In this document: positions 10,966-20,196 of the stretch, one piece after another
Layout of the letters: each line of letters begins with the position of its first letter
Position numbering within the stretch: position 1 is the stretch's first letter
Assembly (NCBI RefSeq): GCF_001194135.2
Contig: NC_068983.1
Span: forward strand, 24,685,535-24,718,280
Reading direction: 5' to 3'
Length of the DNA stretch: 32,746 nucleotides
Origin: Octopus bimaculoides
Lineage: Eukaryota
Position numbers and translations under genes: made by a program
The notes under the pieces: model-generated
The model's input: only the letters and a program-made list of their open reading frames with translations
Databases searched by the model: none
Told to the model about the DNA's origin: nothing

Positions 10966-12096
10966 AATTTCGCTTTTGCTTGCCCCAATAAGTCTTATAT
11001 ATATAATGTCTGTGCCTGCATGCATGGATGTTTGGATGGATGCTCAGTCACACTTCTGGTTTTCCTTTTCAAATTCCTCACCAATGGAAAAAAAAAAACT
11101 GGCTTCTTACCCAGAAATAAGGCTCCTTCATTGGAATTTAGACAAGACCAATGTGGTAGTCATGATTGTGTGTATGTATATATATATATATATATGCACA
11201 TATGTGCATGTGTGCAAATATGGAGGTCACTGCATGTGTGTATCTGCATGTTTTGATGTATGTGTACACATATATATATGCTTGCATGTCTACACATTAA
11301 ATGCTAAACTTCTTTCAACAGCTTGTTGCTGTGAGTTCCTGGTTAGTTTAGCAGTGTCTTTTATAGTTTTGTGAAGCCCAGCTTCTACAGATTGTTGCTG
11401 TGACAGTTACATATCCAAGTTGCCTAATAATTATATGTAATACTATGAAACTATAGTCTGTGTGGAGTAACAGTAGATTTCATATTATTTCAGCATAGAT
11501 ATTTTTTATTTCCTCACCAATCTTTAATATCATGTTAACACCTACTGAGCAACTGATTTTCGCTACGTTACACAATTTCCTCTGTTCTAGATCATGCTTC
11601 TCGTGTCTGTTATGCTTACATTTTACTGAGATCTTAATAGGAACATTCCACCAGTATTCTTTCGTATGAACGATTGTGCTCTTCACATCATGTCTGTGCA
11701 TACGTAGTTTAGTGTAGTGTCTCAGTGTTGTAAGATTACATAGATTTTGCTGTTTGTCTTGACTCTCATATCACTTTGTGTCTTGTGTATAGGTATTGAG
11801 CATGTCCAATCATATATCTTTTGTCTATATCTGGTATTATTGAGGAACAAAAGGGAAATCCAGAACAGTAAAGTACCCTTATGATGCCCCACTTATTATC
11901 ACAGACTTCTTGCATAGTCATTCACCTCCAACATATTGCAGACTTTGGGAATATGATGCTGATCTTCAGTCAACTGGAATTTCAGAAGAGATCTGTTTGA
12001 AGTCCAGTGTCATATTATTGCATTGCAGTTAGGAATGGACTGAGGTGCCTTATCACTTGTAGGTTTTGAAGCACTGTTTCCTTAAAATGACAGTTG

Positions 12097-12352
12097 CATC
12101 ATCATCATCATCATTTAGTGTCTGTTGTCCATGCTGGTATGGGTTGGATGGTTTGACCAGGGCTGGCAAGCTGGGTAGCTACACCAGACTCCTGTCTGAT
12201 TTGGCATGGTCTCTATGGCTGGATGCCCTTCCTAATGCCAACCACTTTATAGAGTATGCTGGGTGCTTTTACGTGGCACTGCTTGGGCACTTTCATGTGA
12301 TGTCGCACAGGTGCTTTTATGTGGTACTACACAGGTACTTTTACATGGCACC
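12097..12352 (-). mobile_element. Retroposon family D, decayed, with an internal minisatellite
   Basis: (CAT)n...GGATGCCCTTCCTAATGCCAACCAC...; repeated TTTTACGTGGCAC-like units. Confidence 0.75.
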
Positions 12353-12364
12353 ACAATGGTCTAC

Positions 12365-12640
12365 TAAAGGTGATGCAGAATTTCTGTTTCAGCAGGATTT
12401 AGCACTGATACTCAACGTCAAAACAACTTCTGCTTAGTTTGTTGATTAACATGTTTCCGGGGTCAGTTACGTCACCTGACCTGGATCTCTATGGAGAATC
12501 TATGGGGTATGATTTGAAGGAAGATTGCAAGTCTATACTGCAGTAACCAGGTAGGAACGAAGGTTATTATTGAAATCACTCATGCTTTCATCACACCTGA
12601 GTAGTGTCACAGGCTGGTTGGTTTTCTCTATGTCACAAAA
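12365..12640 (+). pseudogene. Remnant of a second, different Tc1-family transposase (C-terminal catalytic part)
   Basis: Broken translation DAEFLFQQDLA...SPDL..MENLWGMI*RK...ITPE*CHRLV matches Tc1 motifs (FQQD, SPDLNPIENLW). Weaker upstream traces (CLKSSV, VLKHCFL) at about 11990-12085 are separated from it by a family D SINE. Confidence 0.7.
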
Positions 12641-12651
12641 TATTCAGAAAC

Positions 12652-12795
12652 ACTGGCACATGGCTCAGTGGTCAAAGCATTGGGTTCGCAGTCATAAGGT
12701 TGTGAGTTTGATTCCTGAACTGGGTTGTATATTGTGTTCTTAAGCAAGACACTTATTTCATGTTGCTCCAGTTCACTCAGCTGTTGAAATGAGCT
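12652..12795 (+). mobile_element. SINE family A, 3' truncated
   Basis: TGGCTCAGTGG...GTTTGATTCC...CAGTTCACTCAGCTG. Confidence 0.75.
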
Positions 12796-12965
12796 CAGTA
12801 CTTAATTTTAAGTCTGGTGCTTATATTTTCAAGTTTAGTATTCTCTCAATTTATTTTGCTGAACTGCTTAGTTACAAGGACGTAAACAAACCAGCACTGG
12901 TTGTCAAGAGGTGGGGTGGACAAACACAGAAATAAGGACAACAATATACACACATACACATGCGC
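12795..12965 (-). mobile_element. SINE family B 3' half
   Basis: CTGAACTGCTTAGTTAC...CCAGCA...GTTGTCAAG...GGACAAACACAGA. Confidence 0.65.
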
Positions 12966-12967
12966 TG

Positions 12968-13009
<42 letters not shown>

Positions 13010-13148
13010 TGGTGTTAGGAAGGGCATCTAGTCATAGAAACCATGCCAAAATAGACATGGAGTTTAGGCAGCTCTTTAGCTGGCCAGCTCCTGTCTAACC
13101 CATGCCAGCATGGAAAATGGACATTAAACGATGATGATGATGATGATG
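13010..13148 (+). mobile_element. Retroposon family D 3' part
   Basis: TTGGTGTTAGGAAGGGCATC...GCATGGAAAATGGACATTAAAC(GAT)n. Confidence 0.75.
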
Positions 13149-13189
13149 ATATTGATATATATATATATATATATATATGACAGGCTGTT

Positions 13190-13335
13190 ATATAGTTTTG
13201 TTTACCAAATTCACTTACAAGGCATTAGTTGGCCTGGTTCTTTAATAGAAAACAATTGCCCAAGGTCCTGTGCCATAGGACTCGAACCCCAGACTGTATG
13301 GTTGCAAAGTGTGCTTCTTTACTACACAGACATGT
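13190..13335 (-). mobile_element. SINE family B 5' half, decayed
   Basis: TTGCCCAAGGT...GGACTCGAACCC. Confidence 0.6.
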
Positions 13336-13635
13336 CTGTGCTTTATTTATTTTCCTGACCCCTCCCCCCACACCACCATCACGCACACACTTATGATGGA
13401 AAATTTTAGATTGGAAAGCTTCCTAACAAGCTTACTTTGATAGTTAGGTGTGCTGTGTTATTTCATTTATTGTCTGTGTCTGTAATTTTTGGCTGTGTTC
13501 AGTGGCTTGGATAAAGAATGGACTCATTACCAGACTGAAAGACAAAAATCATAGTGAAGGATTCAGTTTTGTTACAAAGGGTCAAATGATTTTTTTTTCC
13601 TTTTTAATTTTTATTTTCTAAATTTTTTTCCACAT

Positions 13636-13670
<35 letters not shown>

Positions 13671-14082
13671 CACACACACGTGCACAAGCACACAATCATG
13701 CTTAGGTGTCCACACATATATCATAACAAATGCAATCTCATGCACATATATATCCAAACACATACAGGAATACATACACCAGCCTACGAATTACATTGTA
13801 TTTGTTGCTTCTTTGTAGAAATGTTTGCTATTAGCTGTTGTTATTCATATGATTATGTCTCATTAACCTTTTGTCTAAAGTANNNNNNNNNNNNNNNNNN
13901 NNNNNNNNNNNNNNNNNNNNNNNNNNNNNNNNNNNNNNNNNNNNNNNNNNNNNNNNNNNNNNNNNNNNNNNNNNNNNNNNNNNNNNNNNNNNNNNNNNNN
14001 NNNNNNNNNNNNNNNNNNNNNNNNNNNNNNNNNNNNNNNNNNNNNNNNNNNNNNNNNNNNNNNNNNNNNNNNNNNNNNNNNN

Positions 14083-14114
<32 letters not shown>

Positions 14115-14128
14115 TGTGTGTGTGTATA

Positions 14129-14345
14129 TGAGGGGGTACTGAAAAGTTCCTGGCTTTAAGGGTATTGTGGAAGGCCTTGGTTGGAGGCCCAATCTTCTGA
14201 GTTCTTTGACAGGGCTTAAAAAAAACTGAAGGACTGCTGCAATAAGTATGTGAATCCTAGAGGTGAATATGTTCAATAAAATCATAATTAACTGAGCCTT
14301 CTGTATTTTCCTTTACCCAAAGCCAGGAACTTTTCAGCACCCCCA
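14129..14345 (+). mobile_element. Mariner-derived MITE in a (TA)/(TG) microsatellite
   Basis: TIRs GGGGGTACTGAAAAGTTCCTGGCTTT / AAAGCCAGGAACTTTTCAGCACCCCC with TA on both sides. The interior encodes KLKDCCNKYVNPRGEYVQ*, resembling the mariner transposase C-terminus. Confidence 0.85.
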
Positions 14346-14487
14346 TATATATGTGTGTGTGTGTGTGCGTGTATAGATGTATGTGTGTGTGTCTTTGAAA
14401 TCGTTCTATGTGTTTGTGCAGAATATTTCATTTAAAGTTGAGTGAAATCTCAAGTACGAGGTATTTTACACTCTGTTATTTCTACAG

Positions 14488-14961
14488 GTGGAATGCAAGC
14501 GAGCTGAACCTCTTGGACGTATGAAAGGCGACCAAAATAGTGGTCAGGCATTACCATCGTCACTAGATCAACTTCAGCATCAGTTGATGCTGCCAAAAGA
14601 CCAGGTCCCAGACGGACTGTCGGCGTGGAGGCCCACTGCTGCTGTACTTACTGACAATGGAAATATCGGTGCTAAACCTGGCTTTGAAATGGTCAATGGC
14701 ACCAGCACTGCTATTGGAGATGCTGCAGGTTGTAGTAACATTGATGCAAATGGTGTGCGTAGCAACCCAGCTGGTGTTTGTGGTGCTGCTCTGCCTTACG
14801 TTGCAAATCCCCCGGCTAGTAACGGTGTGAAGGTCTCCATGTACCATCAACTTGTTAGCTATCCTGGGATTTACTCTGTTAGTCAGCAGCAGCAGTTTCA
14901 GCAACAGTTGCAACAACAACAACAACAACAGCAGCAGCAGCAACAACAGCAGTTGCAACAA

Positions 14962-14992
<31 letters not shown>

Positions 14993-15235
14993 TGCAACAA
15001 CAACAACAACAACAACAGCCACAGCAACCACAGCAACAATCGCCACAACAGCAATCTTTAATGCCAGTTCCGCCGCCACAATCAGTTGTTCCAACAACAA
15101 ACCAACCTATCCAGTCAGATGGTTACGGACAACAGACTGCTCCTGTATATGTTGCACAATCGGTACAATCTAGGCAACAGCCCCCGCAAGGCTACCTTAC
15201 CTCTTGGGGACAGCCACCCCCTTCTGTACCACCAG
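14488..15235 (+). CDS. Internal coding exon of a Musashi/DAZAP1/Hrb27C(hrp48)-like RRM RNA-binding protein: last strand of an RRM followed by a Q/P-rich low-complexity region
   Basis: Acceptor ttatttctacAG at 14486-14487. Exon opens VECKRAEP, which resembles the RRM2 end of DAZAP1 (VEVKRAEP) and Musashi (VECKKAQP). Open frame of 249 codons plus 1 nt. Donor CAG|GTATGT at 15235/15236 (phase 1). Family call rests on only about 8 residues, so no symbol is given. Confidence 0.85.
14884..15050 (+). repeat. Coding CAG/CAA repeat (polyglutamine interrupted by Leu/Phe/Pro)
   Basis: Encodes Q4-F-Q3-L-Q14-L-Q12-L-Q8-PQQPQQQSPQQQ in the exon frame. Confidence 0.95.
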
Positions 15236-15459
15236 GTATGTAAGAGTACTTTGAATTTATGTTTTAATGATTGGTTAATAAAAGACATTACTTTGGTACA
15301 CTTGTTTTCATATCACCTCTGCGTTGGCAGGCGAATTCAGTTGTAGATCAAGGGAAATTGATGCCAAACATAGTTCATAATTACATATAAAGATAAAGTA
15401 TTATTTCCAAGTCCTATGGACTCATAAGGGTCAGTTTCCTGGTTTCTGTTATGTCGTTG

Positions 15460-15607
15460 TCATCATCATCATTTAGCATCCATTTTCTATGCCGGCATGG
15501 GTTAGATGGTTTGACTGGAAAACTGATGAGTCAGAGAGCTGCACCAAGCTCCAGTATATTTTGACTTGGTTTCTCCTGCTGGATGCCCTTCCTAATGCCA
15601 ATCACTC
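15460..15607 (-). mobile_element. Retroposon family D 3' part, inverted relative to 15655-15947
   Basis: (CAT)n...GCATGGGTTAGATGG...CTGGATGCCCTTCCTAATGCCAA. Confidence 0.75.
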
Positions 15608-15654
15608 AACTGGTTTAATATTTATATATTATATTAGATACATTGAAAAGACAT

Positions 15655-15947
15655 TCAAGCGAGATCGTTGCCAGTGCCGCTGGACTGGCTCCTGTGCAGG
15701 TGGTACGTAAAATACACCATTTTGAGTGTGGTTGTTGCCAGTACCACCTGACTGGCCTTCATACCGGTGGCACGTAAAAAGCACCCACTACACTCTCAGA
15801 GTGGTTGGTGTTAGGAAGGGCATCCAGCTGTAGAAACTCTGCCAAACCAGATCGGAGCCTCGTGTAGCCATCTGGTTCACCAGTCCTCAGTCAAATCGTC
15901 CAACCCATGCTAGCATGGAAAGCGGACGTCAAACGATGATGATGATG
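15655..15947 (+). mobile_element. Retroposon family D
   Basis: ...GGTTGGTGTTAGGAAGGGCATCCAG...CATGGAAAGCGGACGTCAAAC(GAT)n. Confidence 0.9.
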
Positions 15948-16139
15948 TTTATAATTTGGTGCATGGGCATATAAGGTTTTGATCTTTAAGGAAAAGACTC
16001 AAGTCCTTTTTATGTAAAGAGTTTTAAGTTAAAATAAGCTGTAAGTTACCAAGACTTATATTAAATAATGTTATGATGTGAGGTGGTGCGAAGTTTTTGG
16101 TCAGTAGATTGTAAATCTATTTATAAGTGTATTACTTTC

Positions 16140-16480
16140 ACATGACTCAGTGGTTAGAATGTTGGGCTCACACTCATAAGGTAGTGAGTTCGATTCCCGG
16201 CCTGGGCTGTGTCGTATTCTTCAGCAAGACATTTTATTTCACAATGCTCCAGTTCACCCAGCTGTAGAAATGAGTTGTGATGTCAATGATGCCAAGCTGT
16301 ATCAGCCTTTGCCTTTCCCTTGGATAACATCAGTGAGGTGGAGAGAGGTGGAGGCTGGTATGTATGGATCACTTGTGGTCTTCCATAAACCACAATGTTT
16401 GGACTTGTGCCTTGGAAGGTAACTTTCTAAGTGCAATCCCATGGTCATTCATGACTGAAGGGAACCTTTAACCTTCACTT
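16140..16480 (+). mobile_element. SINE family A
   Basis: TGACTCAGTGGTTAG...GTTCGATTCC; full body. Confidence 0.85.
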
Positions 16481-16559
16481 TCTCATGGTTTTATATTTAA
16501 AACAAAATGTTAAATTGCAAATTTAAAGATTCATAAATTATGTTAAAACTTACCTTCAA

Positions 16560-16670
16560 CATGTCACCGGCATGGATGCCTTTAATGTGTCACCTGCATG
16601 AGTGCCTTTAATGTGTCACCAGCACAGGTGCCGTTAACGTGTCACTAGCATGGATGCCTTTAATGTGTCA
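16560..16670. repeat. About 25 bp minisatellite, 4-5 copies
   Basis: Unit about TTTAATGTGTCACCAGCATGGATGCC; resembles the internal repeat of family D. Confidence 0.8.
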
Positions 16671-16671
16671 T

Positions 16672-16806
16672 ATATTTACCCCTTAATGGGATGCCAGTCC
16701 ATTGCAGGATTACTCATTTTTGCCAGCTGAGTGGAATGATGCAACATAAAATGAAGTGTTTTGCTTAAGAACACAATGCAGTTCAGGGATTGAAACCGCA
16801 ACCTTA
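16672..16806 (-). mobile_element. SINE family A fragment, truncated at the TIR unit
   Basis: Reverse complement of the core seen at 3780-3900; it stops at the TA at 16805-16806. Confidence 0.65.
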
Positions 16807-17840
16807 CAGTGACATGTACAACTCATCCCATGAGATAAAAGTACCTTTCTTTAGAACATTAGACCAGTGTCCCACCTATGTAAAACACATTTCTGACAAA
16901 AGAGCCTCTAAGTGTTTGCTCAAAATGCTAGAAATAGCAACAGCAAAATGTACTACTCACTGTTGTAAAATTCTAAGTGTCACTATGTTATGGTGCCTCT
17001 TTACAGCTAAATAGATTTGGCCATTGAAAGTTATATCTACAGAGTGTCCACAAGGTCTGGGTACATGGAGTAAATAAAATCATAACATAAACAATTAAAT
17101 ATAAGAAATAATAATTTCTTAAAGTATGTGTTAATCCCCATGTACCCAGACTTTGTGGATACCCTGTATAAACATAATTCAGTGATATGATGTGAACTGC
17201 TGACTTCTTGGGTGATGTCCTTCCAGCTCAGCCATCCATGCTCTCTTAGAGGCTACCTAGAAAGTTAAGGGGTGAACTTAAATTAACCCCATATACCCTA
17301 ACCAGTAGGGCAGATTCCTCCACTCATAATTACATATAGCAAATGAAAATGTTTTCGTAGACCACCACCTTTGATTTTGTGAAATATGAAAATTTGAATA
17401 AGTTATATGCTGTGCTGAGAGCTGAAGGAATGCCAGGACACTCATTTCTCTATGGCATAGAGATTCATCTAAACGTTCTCAAAATAATAACTTCACCTGA
17501 CTCTCATTGTCAGATCGCCTGTTCAGTTTTATTAACCGGAAAAGTAATTAACATCGGTTAGGTTTGTTAACTTAGGAAATTACTGTACTCTGTTTCAGAG
17601 TTGCAATTTTACTTTGGTCATTTTTGGCAAAGATCTTGCAACACATAGTCCAGATCTAGCTTATTGAATCATTAAATTTTACAACAGTGGGTAGTATATT
17701 TATTTGCTGCTATTTCTAGCATTTTGAGCAAACACTTAGAGGCTTTTTTGTCAGAAATGTGTTTTACATAGGTGGGATACTAGTTTAATGTTCTAAAGAA
17801 GGATACCTTTATCCCATGAGATGAGTTGTACATGTCACTG
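16807..17840. mobile_element. Non-autonomous Tc1/mariner-like unit bounded by about 166 bp TIRs with TA TSD
   Basis: TA|CAGTGACATGTACAACTCAT... (16805-16972) is the reverse complement of about 17674-17842 (...ATGAGTTGTACATGTCACTG|TA). Confidence 0.8.
17040..17166. mobile_element. Tc1/mariner-type MITE (about 127 bp, about 30 bp TIRs, TA TSD)
   Basis: TA|CAGAGTGTCCACAAGGTCTGGGTACATGG ... CCATGTACCCAGACTTTGTGGATACCCTG|TA. The empty site is visible in the paralogous copy near 17945-17955. Confidence 0.9.
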
Positions 17841-18409
17841 TAATCTAAGAAAACACTTTTCAGTTATACAGTTCTGTCAGTAGTGGACTATATTGTATTA
17901 TGGTGCCTCTTTACAGCTAGATAGACTTGGTCATTAAAAGTTATATTTATAAACACAACTCAGTGATATGACATGAACTATTGACTTCTTGAGTGATATC
18001 CTCCCACCTCAGCCATTCATGCTGTCTTAGAAGCCACCTGGGAAGTTAAGGGGTGAACTTGAATTAACCCTATGCACACATATTGTTAGACATCTTGTTG
18101 CAAATGATTACTCAGTTGAGTGACAGAATTAAAAATGAGTTTCATAGTGATTTCAGTTGAGACTGCTAATTCGTCTTGAATGTTCAGTTTACACAAAGTT
18201 TCAATCAATGTAAATCTCCAGTCATTTTCAGGTTTGCATCTTCATTATTATTATTATTTTTTTATTTTCAATATTTCATATTTTGTTTTTGCAATTGATG
18301 TGAACTCATATGTTGAAACAGATTTTGTTGTATCTCAGGAAGGTCATTATGCCAGTAAACACATGCACTGGTACAATTTCACTTCATTATTATTCTTCAA
18401 TTGTACATT

Positions 18410-18665
18410 ATTTACATTATTTATATTTGACTGATATTCGTTCTCATCTTGTTTATTGTTAACACAACATTTCGGCTGATATACCCTCCAGCCTTCATCA
18501 AGTGTCTTGGGGGAAATTTTGAACCTGGGTTCTCATTCCTAAGGTAGTTTTTGATGTTGTTATTATTATTATTATTATCATTATTATTATTATTAAGGTC
18601 ACTGCCTGGAATTGAACTTGGAATCTTGGTGTTAGTAGCCCACGCTCTTAACAACTACGCCATAT
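18410..18665 (-). mobile_element. tRNA-derived SINE: tRNA-like head, (AAT)n spacer, 3' body containing a hammerhead-like fold
   Basis: Minus strand head TGGCGTAGTTGTTAAGAGCG (A-box-like) ... GTTCAATTCC (B-box-like) at about 18665-18595, then (AAT)n, then the body. Confidence 0.75.
18461..18506 (-). ncRNA. Degenerate type I hammerhead ribozyme motif
   Basis: Minus strand GACAC-TTGATGA-A-GGCTG-gagggtatat-CAGCC-GAAA-TGT-T-GTGTT. Stem I GACAC/GUGUU, stem II GGCUG/CAGCC, core UUGAUGA...GAAA. Two C>T changes relative to the canonical core (C3 and C15.2). Confidence 0.6.
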
Positions 18666-19074
18666 AGAACCATTCTTCAGTTGGTTCACAATCTTACCAA
18701 CTAACTATTAAATTGTTTGATTAGTATTTCAGTTAATCACTCAATCAATCAATCAGTTGCAGAAGGTGTCATTGAAGAGGGTGTGAATGGCAAGAAAAGA
18801 GCATTGAGAAACACAATTGATTGGTTTGAGTGATTAAACAAATGATTAATTAAACACCTGATTAATTTCTTGGTTAAATAGTTAACCAATAAAGAAGTGA
18901 AATTGAACCTGTGTGTGTGTGTTTATTATCAGCATAATGACCCTACCAAGATGCAACAAAATTTTATATTTAAATAGTTTTAAATATTCAGTAAGATAAA
19001 ACTTCCCTAATCATTCAATCATTCGATAACTGCATCCTGTTATTTAACTAGTGTTATTGTTTCTTCATTTTCAG

Positions 19075-19497
19075 CAAACTTTGGTAACCCACCTTCTGGT
19101 CTGCCTGAATATACTTTTCAAGGACCAATCCAGGACCAAGTAAGCTCTCAGGTTTACAATCAGTGGAATGACAGAGCCCAGCAAGGCCTGCCTATCACAA
19201 TGCCTTCTCAACAGCAACAACACCAGCAGCACCAACAGCAACAACCACAACAGCAGCAGCAACAACCACAGCAACAGCATCATCAACAGCAGCACCAACA
19301 ACAACAGCTTACTCAAAGCAATCAGGGTCAACTGACTACTACACCACTACCTCCAGCTGTTGCAAGTAGCTATCAAGGATATTCACAGATGCCTCTCTTA
19401 GGACAAACCGTTCCTCCACCTCCTAACTATGGAATTCCACAGCAAACTCTGTCACAGTCACCAGCCTTACCTCCTACTGTACAGTATGCCAATTACA
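19075..19497 (+). CDS. Next coding exon of the same gene (Q/P/Y-rich low-complexity region)
   Basis: Pyrimidine tract ttgtttcttcattttcAG (19073-19074). A phase-1 join to the previous exon gives G|CA AAC TTT GGT... (ANFGNPPSGLPEY...), in frame with ORF 19200-19505. Donor ACA|GTAAGT at 19497/19498. Length 423 nt, symmetric phase 1-1. Confidence 0.85.
19208..19308 (+). repeat. Second coding Gln-rich CAA/CAG repeat (with His/Pro interruptions)
   Basis: Encodes QQQQHQQHQQQQPQQQQQQPQQQHHQQQHQQQQ in the exon frame. Confidence 0.9.
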
Positions 19498-19837
19498 GTA
19501 AGTAGAACTCTGCCAATCATTTAGCACTGAACTGCTTTGAGGTGTGCATTAAAAATGAACCTGATAGCTATGGGTTATGAATTTTATCACTCAGCTTGCA
19601 AAGACCTGTTGGGGCAAGTGAGATCGAAACTGAACAAAATTTGATGACTGGCACCCGTGCCAGTGGAGTGCTAACAGCACCGTCCGAGTGGGATCACTGT
19701 CAGAGCAACAGTTTCGCTCCCATGTCGGTGGCACGTAAATGATGATGATGCATTAGGGATTAGTGTTTTGAAAGGTGGGGGAGGAGGTACTAGCTAGGGA
19801 AAGGCGAGTATGGAAGTTGAAATATGTTGCAGCCTGT

Positions 19838-20048
19838 GGCAGAATCATAAGCATGCTGGGTAAAATGCTTAGCAGCATTTCGTCCATCTTTATGCTCTGA
19901 GTTCAAATTCTGCTGAGGTCAACTTTGCCTTTCATCCTTTTGGAGTTGATGAAATAAGTATGAGTTGAGCACTGGTGGGTGGGGAGTCAATATAGTCGAG
20001 TAGCCTCTTCCTCCAAATTTCAGTTCTTCTGTCTATAGTAGAAAGGAT
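19838..20048 (+). mobile_element. SINE family C with a long (ATT/ATC)n tail to about 20195
   Basis: TGGCAGAATC...GAGTTCAAATTCTGC...TAGTAGAAAGGATTATC. Confidence 0.8.
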
Positions 20049-20050
20049 TA

Positions 20051-20111
<61 letters not shown>

Positions 20112-20125
20112 CACAATCATTATTA

Positions 20126-20159
<34 letters not shown>

Positions 20160-20161
20160 CA

Positions 20162-20196
<35 letters not shown>

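Noticed and set aside
10676-11374. 232 aa ORF MKPDGYTRFQSD... and its near copy at 23648-23896
   Set aside because: Antisense reading of a family D repeat running into microsatellite; the similarity reflects repeat homology, not a gene.
13490-13590. GFSFVT resembling an RNP1 motif, as a possible upstream RRM exon
   Set aside because: Surrounding residues do not fit an RRM and there is no matching phase-0 donor. The upstream RRM exons were not found; they may be outside the window or in gaps.
14563-15100. Minus-strand and alternate-frame poly-Leu, poly-Ala/Val and poly-Asn/Ser ORFs over the polyQ exon (also 19071-19331)
   Set aside because: Shadow frames of CAG/CAA repeats; splice sites and the RRM motif support only the + strand Gln frame.
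15515-15560. CTGATGAGTC as a possible hammerhead core
   Set aside because: No stem II closing partner or GAAA follows; it lies within a decayed family D copy.
17620-17670. HSPDLA, a mariner-like motif inside the TIR-bounded unit
   Set aside because: Six residues only, followed by a stop, with no other transposase motifs recognised.
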